DNA of 64,000 bases from Haliotis rufescens (lineage: Eukaryota): positions 2,667,815 through 2,731,814 of the forward strand of contig NW_025963902.1 in NCBI RefSeq assembly GCF_023055435.1. Direction: 5' to 3'. Of this stretch, positions 47,879 to 60,200 are shown one piece after another. Every line of letters starts with the position of its first letter. Position 1 is the first letter of the stretch. The translations under genes were made by a program, and so were the position numbers. Under the pieces are notes generated by a model. It did not search any database and had not been told where the DNA came from. It was given only the letters and a program-made list of their open reading frames with translations.

Positions 47879-48026
47879 CAAGTGAATCCAGTGATGGAGA
47901 AGCAGTTTATGACCCTGACAACGCCAATGGACGCAGCAAGTCAGGCCACCTTGATCACGGCCAATCCATTCATCGCAACAGAATGTGCAGCTGACACCTA
48001 CATTGACACGACAGAGTTGTCTGCAG
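47879..48026 (+). CDS. Gene 2 exon 4
   Basis: Acceptor ttttttaattatag|c and donor ctgcag|gtgaag. 148 nt, phase 0 in and phase 1 out. Encodes QVNPVMEKQFMTLTTPMDAASQATLITANPFIATECAADTYIDTTELSA(G). Read-through reaches a TGA at about 48058, so this could alternatively be a terminal exon. The downstream exon is unresolved. Confidence 0.45.
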
Positions 48027-48724
48027 GTGAAGCAATGTTGCAACGTGTCTTGTCTGCGTGAACAAGCGCCCTAACTCAATTTACATCCTTATAATTAAGT
48101 TGTCGTTGTGTGCATTGAAATCCCTGCATTCTGATTAACTGAATTGGTCACGTGTTATTGCATTCATTTCCCAATGAATGTAAACATTTAAGCCACGCCC
48201 ACCGAGGCGCACTACTTTTATTACTGCGGAATGTCGGGGAATCCCAATATTACAGTTGAGGGAATTTCCTTTCTGCTTACGTGTATCGCCATGCACAGGA
48301 CATTTAGCGACTTTCATGCATATTCATTGTCCAAACTACCCTTTGAAACCGAAGGCCGAGAATGAATGAAACAGCAAACGAACAGGCTCGCTCGCCTGTT
48401 TTTTTTCCGCTCACCCCGTTCAACTTTCATGTCTTCGGGTTTCATTTCTGACCAGCATTTTTCCTACTGTGTTTTACCGTAATCAGGGAAGTAATGTTTG
48501 AATGTGGCGGTAACTGACCATGTTATTTGAAACAGCCGCCTTCTCCCGGACATATTTCTTCTGGTTCTGACAGTCTGACTGTTGCAGTTCTTCTCGCCTC
48601 TTGCCATAATTGACAGGGCCAATGAACATTGTTTTGATCCTACTTTCCGTTGATTGGCTACTGACAGTGTAGGCGTGTCAAGTTGTGTGCATAAATTAAA
48701 CGATCCCCTGATTCATGTCACGCC

Positions 48725-48965
48725 AAAGTGTATATTCCTACACCTGGAATGTTTATCAATCTCGTCATTTTTGTCTGTTTTGATATATACAACTGTTTAT
48801 GGTTAAACTATTGTAGATAAAACATGTTATACGTTGTCGAATTTAATTATAAGCATTGACTGTATTTATTTCGGTTCAGTTCATTGAGGTATGAATCGAA
48901 AAACCGATGTGCGGATTCTTACAAATGTTTGCACATCGGTTTTTCGATTCATACCTCAATGAACC
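48725..48965 (+). repeat. Interspersed repeat, copy B, ending in a perfect 40-bp-arm hairpin (48880..48965)
   Basis: ttcggttcattgaggtatgaatcgaaaaaccgatgtgc ... gcacatcggtttttcgattcatacctcaatgaaccgaa. Confidence 0.45.
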
Positions 48966-49899
48966 GAAAATAATACACAGTCAATCCTTAAATGATTATT
49001 CTTCGGCTATTAATTTTACAGTTGGTGTCTAAAGTATAACCTTTAAAAACGTAGGGAGTACTCCATCATCCCGAGGCAAGAGAGTTAACTGACTTTAAAG
49101 TCCAGGTTCCACACTTGCCGAACTAGACTGGTATTATGGAGTTATATTTTGGCTGGACTATCGAGTCTGTGCATAGTCCAATCAAAATTGCGAAATGAAA
49201 TCGATATCCGGTTCGTAAACTGACGTGCAGATTTCGATCGATTGCAGGATTTGCAAAGCATGTGTACTGCCAACTCGGCGTCAACAGATATTTCCCGAAT
49301 CCTTTCAAGCTTTTAATCAAGGTTCTCTCGTGATTTGATGCACTTCGCGAAGTAAGACCCGTTTTATCACTTTTAATCTTGATTTTCGATAGGATCGTCT
49401 TGACTGGGCGCCTCCATTTTCTTTGAAGCAAATGCAAGTGATATGCGAGGTGGAATTTGATTGGTCAATAGTGGGGTTATCGGAGGGAAATAACTCGTAA
49501 TAGCCACTGGTGGCGCTAAGTTCGGCAAGGATGGAAACTGGACTTTAAGAGTCAGTTGACGCAGTTGCCTCGGAAAGATGGGGGTAACTTAATATTTCTA
49601 AATTGTGAGACACATTATTTTCTAGTAATAGTTGCATGATAAGAATAAACGAAGTGGGACCAGGTAGTGAAGTATGACAGTAGATGGTATGACTGCCAAC
49701 GATCTTGAAAGACGATATAGGTAAGATGGGAAATTTCAAAGTTGACGTTTTTGGATCAGTAGTGCGTAATACCGCCAAGATTTGTCAAAGATTCATTCAA
49801 TCGACGAGGCATACTGCCTCAACGTCTCCCAATGGAAATTTGGAAGTCTGTCTCATTCCTTTGCAACCCTTCGCCAAGTTCAGCTGACATGATCACCAG

Positions 49900-51050
49900 T
49901 TGACGTTGACGCACACGTCTCCTTATCGAGTCCTAGACGTGTTCAGTGGGGGACCATCTGGGCTCATTACTGGACATGGCTTTCTAGGGATGTTGTGCTG
50001 CTGGAGGTGAGCCTTGACGATTCGTGCACGGTGGGCATGGACGTTGACGTCCTGAAAGACAAAACGTCGACCCACACGTCTTGCAAACTGGACAACAAAT
50101 GGTGTCAGTATATTTTCCCGATAGTACTGTCCAGTGACCATTCCTTGCACGATATGAAGTGGAAGTGAATCGGAATTCATTTGAAAAGATGACACATGGC
50201 CAGCGACGATTACCCCAGTTTCGACGTGTAAACCATTGCCGTCTGTAGGCAATATGACGATTTGTAAGGGGCGACACAACACGTGGTCATCGAGCATGGA
50301 GACGAGCTGCATGTAGACGATTTCTAAGCGTGTGACCCGTAATTCGTACTCGAGTAGCGTGAAGAACGTTTGCAGAAATTTGATTCACCGTTTGAGCTCG
50401 ATTTCGAAAAGCCTGGACCGCCTCTGTGGCCTGGTGTTAGAACGTCCGCCCGGAGAGCGGAAGGTCTGGTGTTCGATCCTTGGCCGAGTCGTACTAAAAG
50501 ACGTTAAAAGATGGTACATGTTGTTACCCTGCCTGGCGCTAGGCATACAGCGGGTAAAACAAGGACTGGTTGGCTCGGAGTCAGTATACTGTGTCTGAGT
50601 GAGTTATTCATGATAAACTGTGGCATGGTATCTCAGTGGGCAAGCACTATACAATCGGCATTAGTCCGGACTAGTACAAGCAGCCGCACCCCAACACCCA
50701 CGTACACGCACATCGCTATATAAGTGCAACAATTTTAAACGCGATGTTAAACACCATTTCACGTCACCTCACCTCGCAGAGCCTGGTTTTGGACCAATCG
50801 ATAACATTGTCGTCAACATGGGACACCCTGAACGTGGTTGATCGTCGACATTTATGGTATGTTGATACCTTTTCCATGGTCCGCTATTCCCAGACTGTGA
50901 AACATTGAACGTATTGGCCACAGCACGCTGACGTCTGTCTGTTTCAAGCAAGTTAATTGCACGTAGGCGCTCTGCGCGTTGCAGACACCGCATCGCCAGT
51001 TCAAACACAAACAAAGAATGAAAATCAAGTAAATCACAAGTGTATGATAG
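49900..51050 (-). mobile_element. Tc1/mariner relic split by a SINE D insertion
   Basis: ORF 50769..51014(-) carries the N-terminal motif VDDQPRSGCPMLTT. ORF 49923..50312(-) carries degenerate C-terminal transposase similarity (FVFQDVNVHAHRARIVKAHL). SINE D at 50420..50777 sits between them. Confidence 0.45.
50420..50777 (+). mobile_element. SINE family D copy inserted in a Tc1 relic
   Basis: Matches family D full length. Confidence 0.55.
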
Positions 51051-51410
51051 GCAGAATTAATAACATTCACAGAAATAATAGCCCAAAGAGATAAATCGAC
51101 CTTCCTTGAAAGTGTCAAAATCACGAATGACACTCTTCTCACGTGTGTGGCGCTAAGTACTGCGTGAGGCATGTGCAAACTATCGGATGTGTTTTGGTGT
51201 GATGTTTTAAATTCATAAACGTTCTTGCATTGGATGTTTGTCGTCAACACGTATCCTTGTTCTTATACTTGGTATAAACATTTATATTTCTTTATCCCCT
51301 ACTTTTTATAAAGATATTTTTTTATAATAACCATTTGATACTATTAAGCTTAAGTATAAGGCACACGGTGTGGTCTTATGTTTAAGTCTTGGTCTTAAAA
51401 GATGAGATTC

Positions 51411-51670
51411 GTGAAGATCCGGGGTAGAATAGTTCTTCAGCAACCCATGCTTGCCATAAAAGGCGACTATGCTTGTCGTAAGAGGCGACTAACGTGATCG
51501 GGTATCAGGCTCGCTGACTTGGCTGATGCATGTCATCGTATCCCAATTGCGTGGATCGATGCTCATGATATCAATCACTGAATTGTCTGGTCCAGACTCG
51601 ATTATTTACAGACCGCCGTCATATAGCTAGAATATTGCTGAGTGCGGCGTTAAACAACAAACAAACAAAC
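51411..51670 (+). mobile_element. SINE family C, full copy
   Basis: cgtgaagatccggggtagaatagttcttcagcaacccatgcttgcc ... (caaa)n. Confidence 0.55.
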
Positions 51671-52689
51671 ATTTCTTAATAGATGCCTTTGTATATTATT
51701 TGATGACTTGATGTCATTTTATTACAAACTGTATTGAATACGTGCATACTATTTGATGAAGACAATTTCAATTAGAAGATAGTGTTTAGGACTCAATGTG
51801 ATCATAATACTAATTGTCTTGAATGCATGTTTCCTACATGCTGATAATGCTCTTGACAGCATGCATACTATTTGTATACGAAAATCTTTTTATAATGGTG
51901 TTCCAGGGTCCACTGCTCCCGCTAACAGTGAAGTTGTGACGTTCCCGACGCTGTGGGGCAAACTAACGCTGTACATCCTGTAGGCAGCTGGTTCCGCCCT
52001 CATCTGCCTCGTGGTTTTGGAAAATATCCCTTCATGATGTGTACTAATGAACATAATAAAATATCTGAGTACGTTTTCGTGCTCAGCTTCAGCATGAAAT
52101 ACCTACGATGTCAAGTACGCTTTGGACCGTGCTCAACGCTGAGTTCGATATCAACAATGGCAGCTCACCTGCGTCAGACTCGACACACCACTTCCTTTTA
52201 TTTCTGCAAACAAAAGTTGTTCTCGTTGGACCACCTCCTGGACAAGACACACTTCCTCCGCCTGTGACCAACCCTTACATCGCCTTCTTGACTCGGGCAT
52301 GCTCTACGTTGCCATTGGAAATAATCAGACGACAACAGTCGGGTTGTTTTCCTACCTTTCTCGACGGAAGAGTTCAAAATTGCCGCTTGTGTCATAAACA
52401 AAGAGTACTTTGAGCATGCTCAAGCCGAGCGTGAGTTGTGCTCAGCTGAGTACAGACTCAAGATGTTTTATAACCTCTGCTTGAGTCCAAAACTCAACTG
52501 AGTACGAACATGAGCACGAGCATGAATTTGAGCATGAAACTGAGTTGAGCACGAATTGTTTTATAACCTCGGGGCCAGGTCTTCAACGTGACGTGATTTA
52601 CCTTGGCTAAGCCATCGCGCAATGTCTTTGAATATCTTGAATTTGATTGGTCATGTCACAGTAACACTCTTCTACGTGAATTCTATATA

Positions 52690-53490
52690 ATGTAGATACA
52701 TATAATGTAGATTAAATAATGTAGATACATATAATGTAGATATAAATAATGTATATATCAATAATTTAGATTCACATAATGTAGATACACATAATGTAGA
52801 TACATATATCATAGACACACATAATGTAGATACACATAACTCTAGATACACATAATGTAGATACACATAATGTAGATATGAAGAATGTTGATACACATAA
52901 TGTAGATATAAATAATGTAGATACACATAATTTAGATACACATAATGTAGATACATATATTATAGATACATATATTATAGATACACATAATTTAGATACA
53001 CATTATGTAGATATAAATAATGTAGATACACATAATGTAGATACATATATTATAGATACATATATTATAGATACACATAATTTAGATACACATTATGTAG
53101 ATATAAATAATGTAGATACACATAATTTAGATACACATAATGTAGATACACATAATGTAGATACACATAATGTAGATACACATAATGTAGATATGAATAA
53201 TGTAGATACACATAATGTAGATACACATAATGTAGATATGAATAATGTAGATACACATAATGTAGATATAAATAATGTAGATACACATAATTTAGATACA
53301 CATAATGTAGATACATATATTATAGATACATATATTATAGATACACATAATTTAGATACACATTATGTAGATATAAATAATGTAGATACACATAATTTAG
53401 ATACACATAATGTAGATACACTTAATGTAGATATGAATAATGTAGATACACATAATTTAGAGACATATAATGTAGATGCACATAAAGTTG
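52690..53490. repeat. Minisatellite, 15-bp unit (cacataatgtagata) with roughly 105-120-bp higher-order periodicity
   Basis: ORFs 52878..53522(+) and 53065..53316(-) show 5-aa periodic peptides (NVDTH / YLHYV). Confidence 0.7.
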
Positions 53491-53559
53491 TGAAAAATAC
53501 TTCTCAGAAAGGAATATCATAAGTGAGCCAGCACAACTTGGGCTATGTTCCCCTGTATG

Positions 53560-53935
53560 GGTAATTTCTACCGATAAGGATAAGTATGGATAATTTCTAC
53601 TGCTATGGATAAGTATGGATAGTTTCTACCGATCGATATGGATAAGTATGGATAATTTCTACCGATAAGGATAAGTATGGATAATTTCTACCGCTATGGA
53701 TAAGTATGGATAATTTCTACCGCTATAGATAAGTATGGATAATTTCTACCGCTATGGATAAGTATGATATTTTCTACCTATAAGGATAAAGTAATGCTAA
53801 TTTCTACCTATAAGGATAAAGTATGGATAATTTCTACCGATATGGATAAGTATGGATAATTTCTAACTAAAGGATAAAGTATGGAGACGTTCTACCGATA
53901 TGGAGAAGTATGGATAATTTCTACCGATGAAGGAA
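53560..53935. repeat. Minisatellite, roughly 29-bp unit (ggataagtatggataatttctaccgctat), about 13 copies
   Basis: Directly visible tandem copies with variants. Confidence 0.65.
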
Positions 53936-55878
53936 TCCAGTTTTGTTCAAAGTCACACTCAAATACACTCGGCACAGGGATAAGTTACAACATTTAGGTG
54001 GCAGCCTGAAGGTGAAGAGTACACCATTTCCAAGGCATACCGCCAAGGGCGCTCTCAAAAATTGGTTTATGCTGACGGCTTGAATTTTTTTATATACGAC
54101 AGATATATTTTTCCAGAATTTAATTGCCCATAATTACGGGTGCAAATAACTCACGAGTGCGTATTATACACGAATAAATACGTCTTGTGTACATTGATCA
54201 ATCGGAAGGGGTGCTAATGGGATTGTTCACTAGCCAATATATCAGCAAATATTGCTGTGGGCTCTTTTTTGAGCGGGGCGCATATTACGTCGAATACGGT
54301 AGTAGTGTCAAAGTTATGTTTCCTATTTTAATGATCTTCACAGCAACATAACATCAATGCACTGAAAACTTAAAGGGAAATGAAGGTAGTTCTGAGTTAA
54401 TGTGCTTCTAAAATCGCATAATAAAACAAATAATACATAATAACGGATATATTTTAGTTTAGTTTTAGAAATCTTTCGATATGACTAGCACTTTAAACCA
54501 CTGGATTGGTAATTAAATTTATCATGTGTGACGCCAAGACCATTCTTCTGTGACATGTGAAGACGTTTGATGAAAGTTCTACTGATAACTGAAACCAGTT
54601 TCAATACACAGCCCAAGCATAATCACCACATGCACCAGCTTTGACCAATCCATCCCCATGTCGCCCAACCTCACTGCATACAACGTGATAACAAAGCTTC
54701 ATTTAATCCGTACACAGAGAGATATTGCTGGGTCCAGCAAAAGTACCACTAAATGCCTGTCTCAAAAATAAGCCATTATACTGAACTCAATCAAAAAAGG
54801 TCTTTTTTATATTCGCAATAAATATTTGAGTCAAGTGGAATCAATACAATGTGGAATCCCATAAACTCACAGGATTTGCTGGACCACTTTTGCAAAATCA
54901 GCACAAAACAGGTTCAATTCTGTGAACCCTTTTGATTCTTCAACTGCGCCCACCTATAATTCCACATGACAAACTTAAGAGAAATCTTCCTACCTTAACC
55001 CATGGGACATGGGGTAATATTTTTTAATTTGACGTTAACACGATATACGGCTTTTCCATTGGACGAGAGGTCGGTCACATGACCGCGAAATTGACGTTCA
55101 TAAGTGTATGAACGGCACAATTTGGCGTTCATACGACTTTTTCACAAGACCGTGTTCTTGAAATGACGTAAACACTGACGTACTACCTACACATTCTTTG
55201 GGGAACCCCGAGGAAGTCCCTAGCTCAAATACTAACAGAAGCGCTCTTTCTGACCATTTGGACCCTTTAGTCTTGAACTCAGCGTTTTAATATACATTGA
55301 GAAACGTCAGAGAGTTTAAATGCATGATCCTTCTATGAATTTACCTTAGTGTCTATTTGACACATTATAATCACTTTTCAATGATCGGCCCATTTGTTTA
55401 ATGATGACGAAAGCATGTAACCGCCACAGGTTCATAAACCACTCGAAATCTCTTCCGTCACGTTTATCGTGTCGACCACTTTGACATCTTGTACTTGATG
55501 TACATGTTTTACGTAATGCATTGTCATTCTGACTGATTTATTGACGTAGCTCTTGACAGACCTTTCTCATCAAATGGTGATACTATTTGAATAATGTGTT
55601 GTGTCAAATGTTTCTGAAGAGCAATGTGTGCATACATCCGCTAATGTCACCTCTCTATTTGGGGAACTATATTATTCCTCGATAAAACTGGTTGTTGTAT
55701 GGCTGTCAGTGTAAACATGAAGTCACACGCACTAAATAAAATTGTGCATGGATCCAGGCCTATATCCTTTGAGGTAACAACATGTGATACAAAATGATAA
55801 GAATTGACTTTCACTTTGTGTGAGTCATTTCCTAACTAAGAGTCGTGACCAAAGATACAGTTGCAGATCTATCTTCAG

Positions 55879-56044
55879 AGTGAGTGAGTGAGTATGGTTT
55901 TACGCCGCTTTTAGCAATATTCCAGCAATATCACGGCGGGGGACACCAGAAATGGGCTTCACACATTGTACCCATGTCGGGAATCGAACCCGTGTCTTCG
56001 GCGTGACGAGCGAACGCTTTAACCACTAGGCTACCCGACCGCCC
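55879..56044 (-). mobile_element. SINE family A, full copy
   Basis: Reverse complement of the 16298 copy with high identity. Confidence 0.6.
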
Positions 56045-57124
56045 CTCTATCTTCAGAGGTTCAGGACAGTTTGTCAAAATTGAAAGCAAATGCCATCTGA
56101 AGGTTACTGAGAAAACAATATGTGATATGCTGGATTTCCTCATAAATAAAATCTATCTATGTATCTATGTACCTAGGTAAGACATTTAAGCTAAAGGTAG
56201 GCATCCCCATGGACACCAAGGGTACTCCCCTTCTTGCTGATCTGTTTTTTTCTCTATGATATGAATCGGCATTTCTGCTCTGATTGGCAAAGTTAAACCA
56301 AGGTGATGAGGCCAAGAAGTTTAACTTAAGCTGCAAGTATAACGATGATCTGATACCGTTCAGTTACTTTCAAGGTGCCAATTCCCTTCCATTGATTTAC
56401 CAACCAGACCTAGAAATAAAGGAGACCAGTGAGACGGCATCGTGTTTCATATTTAGATCTATGCTGATAGATTGAGGATGATAAAAATCTATCCACAAGG
56501 CTGTATGACGAGAGGGATTACCCCAACTTTCCAACGGTCAACTTTCCCTTTATGTCAAACAGTATTCGACCATCTCCGGCCCTTGGTGTCCACATGTCAC
56601 AACTTTTGGGGTGCAATGGAGCATGCTCTTTCTACTAAGATTTCAAAGAGCGTCATACGACTCTCGATCAAAGGTTGTTTGATCAAGGTTACAAGGTTTG
56701 TTCACTAGAGTGAGTAGTAGCGAGAATATTCAATCCTGGACAAGCAGTCAAACACTTTGATTTGTTTTGTTGTCTGGTTTAAAATCAAAGTAATGGAGTT
56801 ACAAGTTTGTTGTTATGGTTGATGCATTACTCAGTCACTCAGTCACTCATCTCACGGTCACCCAGTCACTCATCTCACGCCTCTCTTATTCCTCTAAGTG
56901 CCTTTGTACTGGATATACTTTGTCAAATGTAAAACAAATTGGCTCAGGGACTGCCTCGTATCACATAAAGGTACAAAAGAAATACACAGAGCTGAGCGAT
57001 CACATTTCTTTATTCTGAAGACATACACGATGATGTGGACAGCTTTTAAGGAGGGGTGGCAGTGGTGGTTGTCACAAGACCAGTTGACCGAAGGATGTAG
57101 AGATGCACAGTCCCCCACGAGGTG

Positions 57125-57400
57125 AAAAAAGTGAACTTATCACTTGCAGCTGGGGGAGGGGCTCCTGAAAAATGGACATCATCATCAACATTCATCATTA
57201 TCATTAAACAGCTTCATCAACAACAACATCGTCATCGACAATCATCATTAACATTGAACCTCTTCATCAACAACATCCTAATTAACAATCATCATTATCA
57301 TTAAACATATCCATCAACAACAACAACATCGTCACCAACAATCATTATAGTCAATAAACACCACCATCAGCAACAATCATCATTATCATTAAACACCAAC
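57125..57400. repeat. CAT/CAA-rich cryptic repeat with roughly 60-bp periodicity
   Basis: atcatcattatcattaaacagcttcatcaacaacaacatcgtcatcgacaatc-like units about four times. Confidence 0.5.
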
Positions 57401-57616
57401 AAAAGTAAATAAAAGTTAGTAAATCGACAATAAGCCCCTACAATTATCCACATCATCATCTTTTCAAGTATTCATCAACATCATAAGGAATCAGTAGCAG
57501 CCACAAATTCATCTGCACGAATCTCAACCATCACACGTGAATATCTTGACGCACTTACAAAATCGATGACAGGAAAATAAAGTATACAAAATAAATAAGA
57601 CAATACACTATTACCT

Positions 57617-57773
57617 GCGGCCATTTCGGTGGTCGCCACGTAGTTGTTTCTTCTGTCGGAACACTTCTTTTGAATGAAGGGATGTTTCAAATTGAAGGCA
57701 CTTTGACTGGTTGCGTTCATGACAGATCCAGCTGTATGGTAGCTTTTCTCCACAGTCGTGTTTAACAATGTCT
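57617..57773 (-). CDS. Gene 3 exon 4
   Basis: Acceptor cataatttcag|a and donor gcag|gtaata. 157 nt, phase 0 in and phase 1 out. Encodes TLLNTTVEKSYHTAGSVMNATSQSAFNLKHPFIQKKCSDRRNNYVATTEMAA(G). Aligns with gene 2 exon 4 and has the same phase. Confidence 0.5.
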
Positions 57774-58323
57774 GAAATTATGAAAGTAGTAAAGATTATA
57801 TACCACAATAATGTTCGTTAAGACAGTTCACTTATCTGTCGTCAGAAGCAAGGCTTAAATGTGTCTGCTGTAGATAACATGCTGTTGTGACGAACACAAC
57901 ATTATAAAAAAAACTTTTTAAGTCAGGAAATACTTGTCAGTGAGTGTTACAGGTAACGTCGCGCTATATTTCAGCCATACAACAGAGGCCTGAAAATAAA
58001 CTAGACCATACAATACGAAGACCCGCAATGAAACCTTGACATTGAACATCAACACCCGTTCCATCACGAGTGAGTGAGTGACTGAGTGAGTGAGTGAGTG
58101 AGTTATGGGTAACATATTTCAGATGGGAGTGGGGGGCTTCTTTCTGTAGCATAAAAAAACATCGAACTAAATCATGTTTGCAAAAACAACTGACTAATGT
58201 TTCACCCTCACACCTGTTTTATTTTAAACGCAACCCATTTTCCAAACAGCTGCTACTCTACACAATCTGCCCCACCCAAACACTTTTCCACCAAGCTGTA
58301 TCCGAGTGTGGCCATTACTTACA

Positions 58324-58436
58324 AGCGCCTGCAAAGCGGTGCTTGTTGCACTGAAGGTACCGATAAGGGCAGGGACGACGTCGAGAAGGAAGCACGTTCT
58401 ACCAACATCCCTTTGAAGCTTTGCTGCCACCTTAGC
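58324..58436 (-). CDS. Gene 3 exon 3
   Basis: Acceptor atttattttcag|g and perfect donor ctt|gtaagt. 114 nt, phase 0-0. Encodes AKVAAKLQRDVGRTCFLLDVVPALIGTFSATSTALQAL. Aligns with gene 2 exon 3 (KTCFIFNGTNVLDTFSATSADLQA). Confidence 0.55.
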
Positions 58437-59613
58437 CTGAAAATAAATAACAAAAAGAAGATGGTTTACCTACAGATTAGGTATTGGGAGAGACGTGTCA
58501 CATTCAATGAGTGAACATATAGTTGTGACCGTGACAGTATATTCCAGCAACATTAATAATCGAGTGAAACGATACACAACGAACTAAATAACAATTTATC
58601 TTCACTGGTTGGCTCATACCACAAGAATTGAACTGGGGATACTCTTCACGAAATCAGGACACGCTGCGCCCTCTGATCCAAATTCAGTATAGCAAATAAT
58701 TTGTTCCTAATCTTTAAGTGATCTACTGACCGTATTGTCAGTTCGTGGTGTTATACTGCAGTGTAATTTATTGTTAATCAGTGTGCAATTTTACTATATT
58801 GATTCTGCTGAGATTCAGCAGAAGTTCATAGCATTATGTTTTGACAATAATTGGTTGTCTGGAATGTGGCACTATTTAATGTAAGCAGTGGTGTGGAAGT
58901 TACTATATTTAGACGCTTTTTGGAGTTAGATGTAACCTAGAATGTTCTAGAACAGCTGGAGTAATCCAACATTGTACAGAACCTTCCAGGAGGTTTTAGA
59001 CAATATTATGGGGCACGAGCATGTCTCTATCATCTGACATTACATGTCATATTACATCAAGACCAGCTGTTGTCTGAAGATAGTATTTATACCCTGGATA
59101 TCTATTTTGTAAGCTTGACCACTGTTGCTACTAGCCGAATATTACTATCACTGAATTTCTTCTTTCACCACTACTATCGTATTTAATGGTGCCATTGTTA
59201 ATCTACTGCCATTGATTTTTGTACTTCCACTCTATTGTGTACGGCATTTGTAGTAATTTGTATTGATTTGTAAACCTATTTAATTTTAATATACAATTAT
59301 ATGTCATTTCCTTATTGTTTGTTGGTTTTACATTGAATACTTATACGCATAGATTTCTGTGTTAGCGTATTGTTTTAATTTTGAATTCGACACGTAACAG
59401 TTGAAGTAAAAAAAAAAAGGAATCAACAAAAATTCTTTTGGAAAAACGTCAAAGGCTTGATTCCCTTTCCTTACTGTTTCACATTGAAGTTTAGAATCAA
59501 ATAAGATGAGCTAAAAGAATCGTCGGTAAGAATACAAACAACAACAAAAACTGTTATGTATTTAATCTTATTTCACTTCTTTGAATTTTTGGTAATTAAA
59601 ACCAACGCCTTAC

Positions 59614-59781
59614 ACTGCTGTAATCTGTGTAGGTGCGGCTCCTAGCGATGCCAGTTCCGACCAGCTCCCTGCTTCTGGAGCTAAAGCTGATGCCGGAGTC
59701 AGCATTCCATATGTACGCACTCTGGGTGACATTAAGCGTGTCGCTCACTACCCGCAACCACTTCGCCCTTATGGCACCTTC
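59614..59781 (-). CDS. Gene 3 exon 2
   Basis: Acceptor ccttgtttcag|g and donor agt|gtaagg. 168 nt, phase 0-0. Encodes EGAIRAKWLRVVSDTLNVTQSAYIWNADSGISFSSRSRELVGTGIARSRTYTDYSS. Frame of track ORF 59596..59790 (-). Aligns with gene 2 exon 2. Confidence 0.5.
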
Positions 59782-59879
59782 CTGAAACAAGGTTATTTTA
59801 CGTAAGTGTTAGTTTACACCGTTGGCATCAGTTTATTTCTCCGAATAACCACCAACGGTGCTACAAGAGTTTACCACCC

Positions 59880-60200
59880 AAAACTGACTCCCACAGAAGA
59901 TGGCGTTTGGGTGAGATCAAGTGATATCTACATTGTAGATATCGCTGCAATGAAATGGCATCACAATGCTTTGGAGACCATTGTGACGTCATGGGTTACC
60001 ACTAATGGCTCTGGTACTGAAGCTGTTAGCAGTACTTGTTACACTTAAGACACTGCTTATTAATGTCCACAAACTGTAAAAGTTGAAAGAGTGATGTTTG
60101 ATGATAAATTAAATCTCACCCTCGTGTCTTTTGATATCAAGTATATCAACACTCGTTGATAAAAGTGGAAAATCGCCTTGGCAAGCCTCAGGGCTTTTTC
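59880..60200 (+). mobile_element. Same hairpin-ended repeat family, copy 3 (second hairpin arm truncated)
   Basis: ORF 59806..60048 shares ..IAAMKWHHNALETIVTSWVTT.. The hairpin first arm is at 60113..60170. Lies in gene 3 intron 1. Confidence 0.4.

Noticed and set aside
48027-48700. Candidate terminal exon for gene 2 (e.g. ctgttgcag|ttcttctcgcc... giving ..VLLASCHN then stop)
   Set aside because: Weak signals and no similarity to the gene 3 candidate last exon. Left unresolved rather than annotated.
52878-53522. 214-aa plus-strand ORF (NVDTHNVDTH...) and a minus-strand YLHYVYLHYV ORF
   Set aside because: Read-through of the 15-bp minisatellite. Perfectly periodic 5-aa peptide.
59630-59787. 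Stop-free plus-strand frame (AAPSDASSDQLPASGAKADAGVSIPYVRTLGDIKRVAHYPQP...) bounded by AG/GT-like dinucleotides
   Set aside because: It is the antisense of gene 3 exon 2. The minus-strand reading has the homology to gene 2 exon 2 and stronger splice sites.
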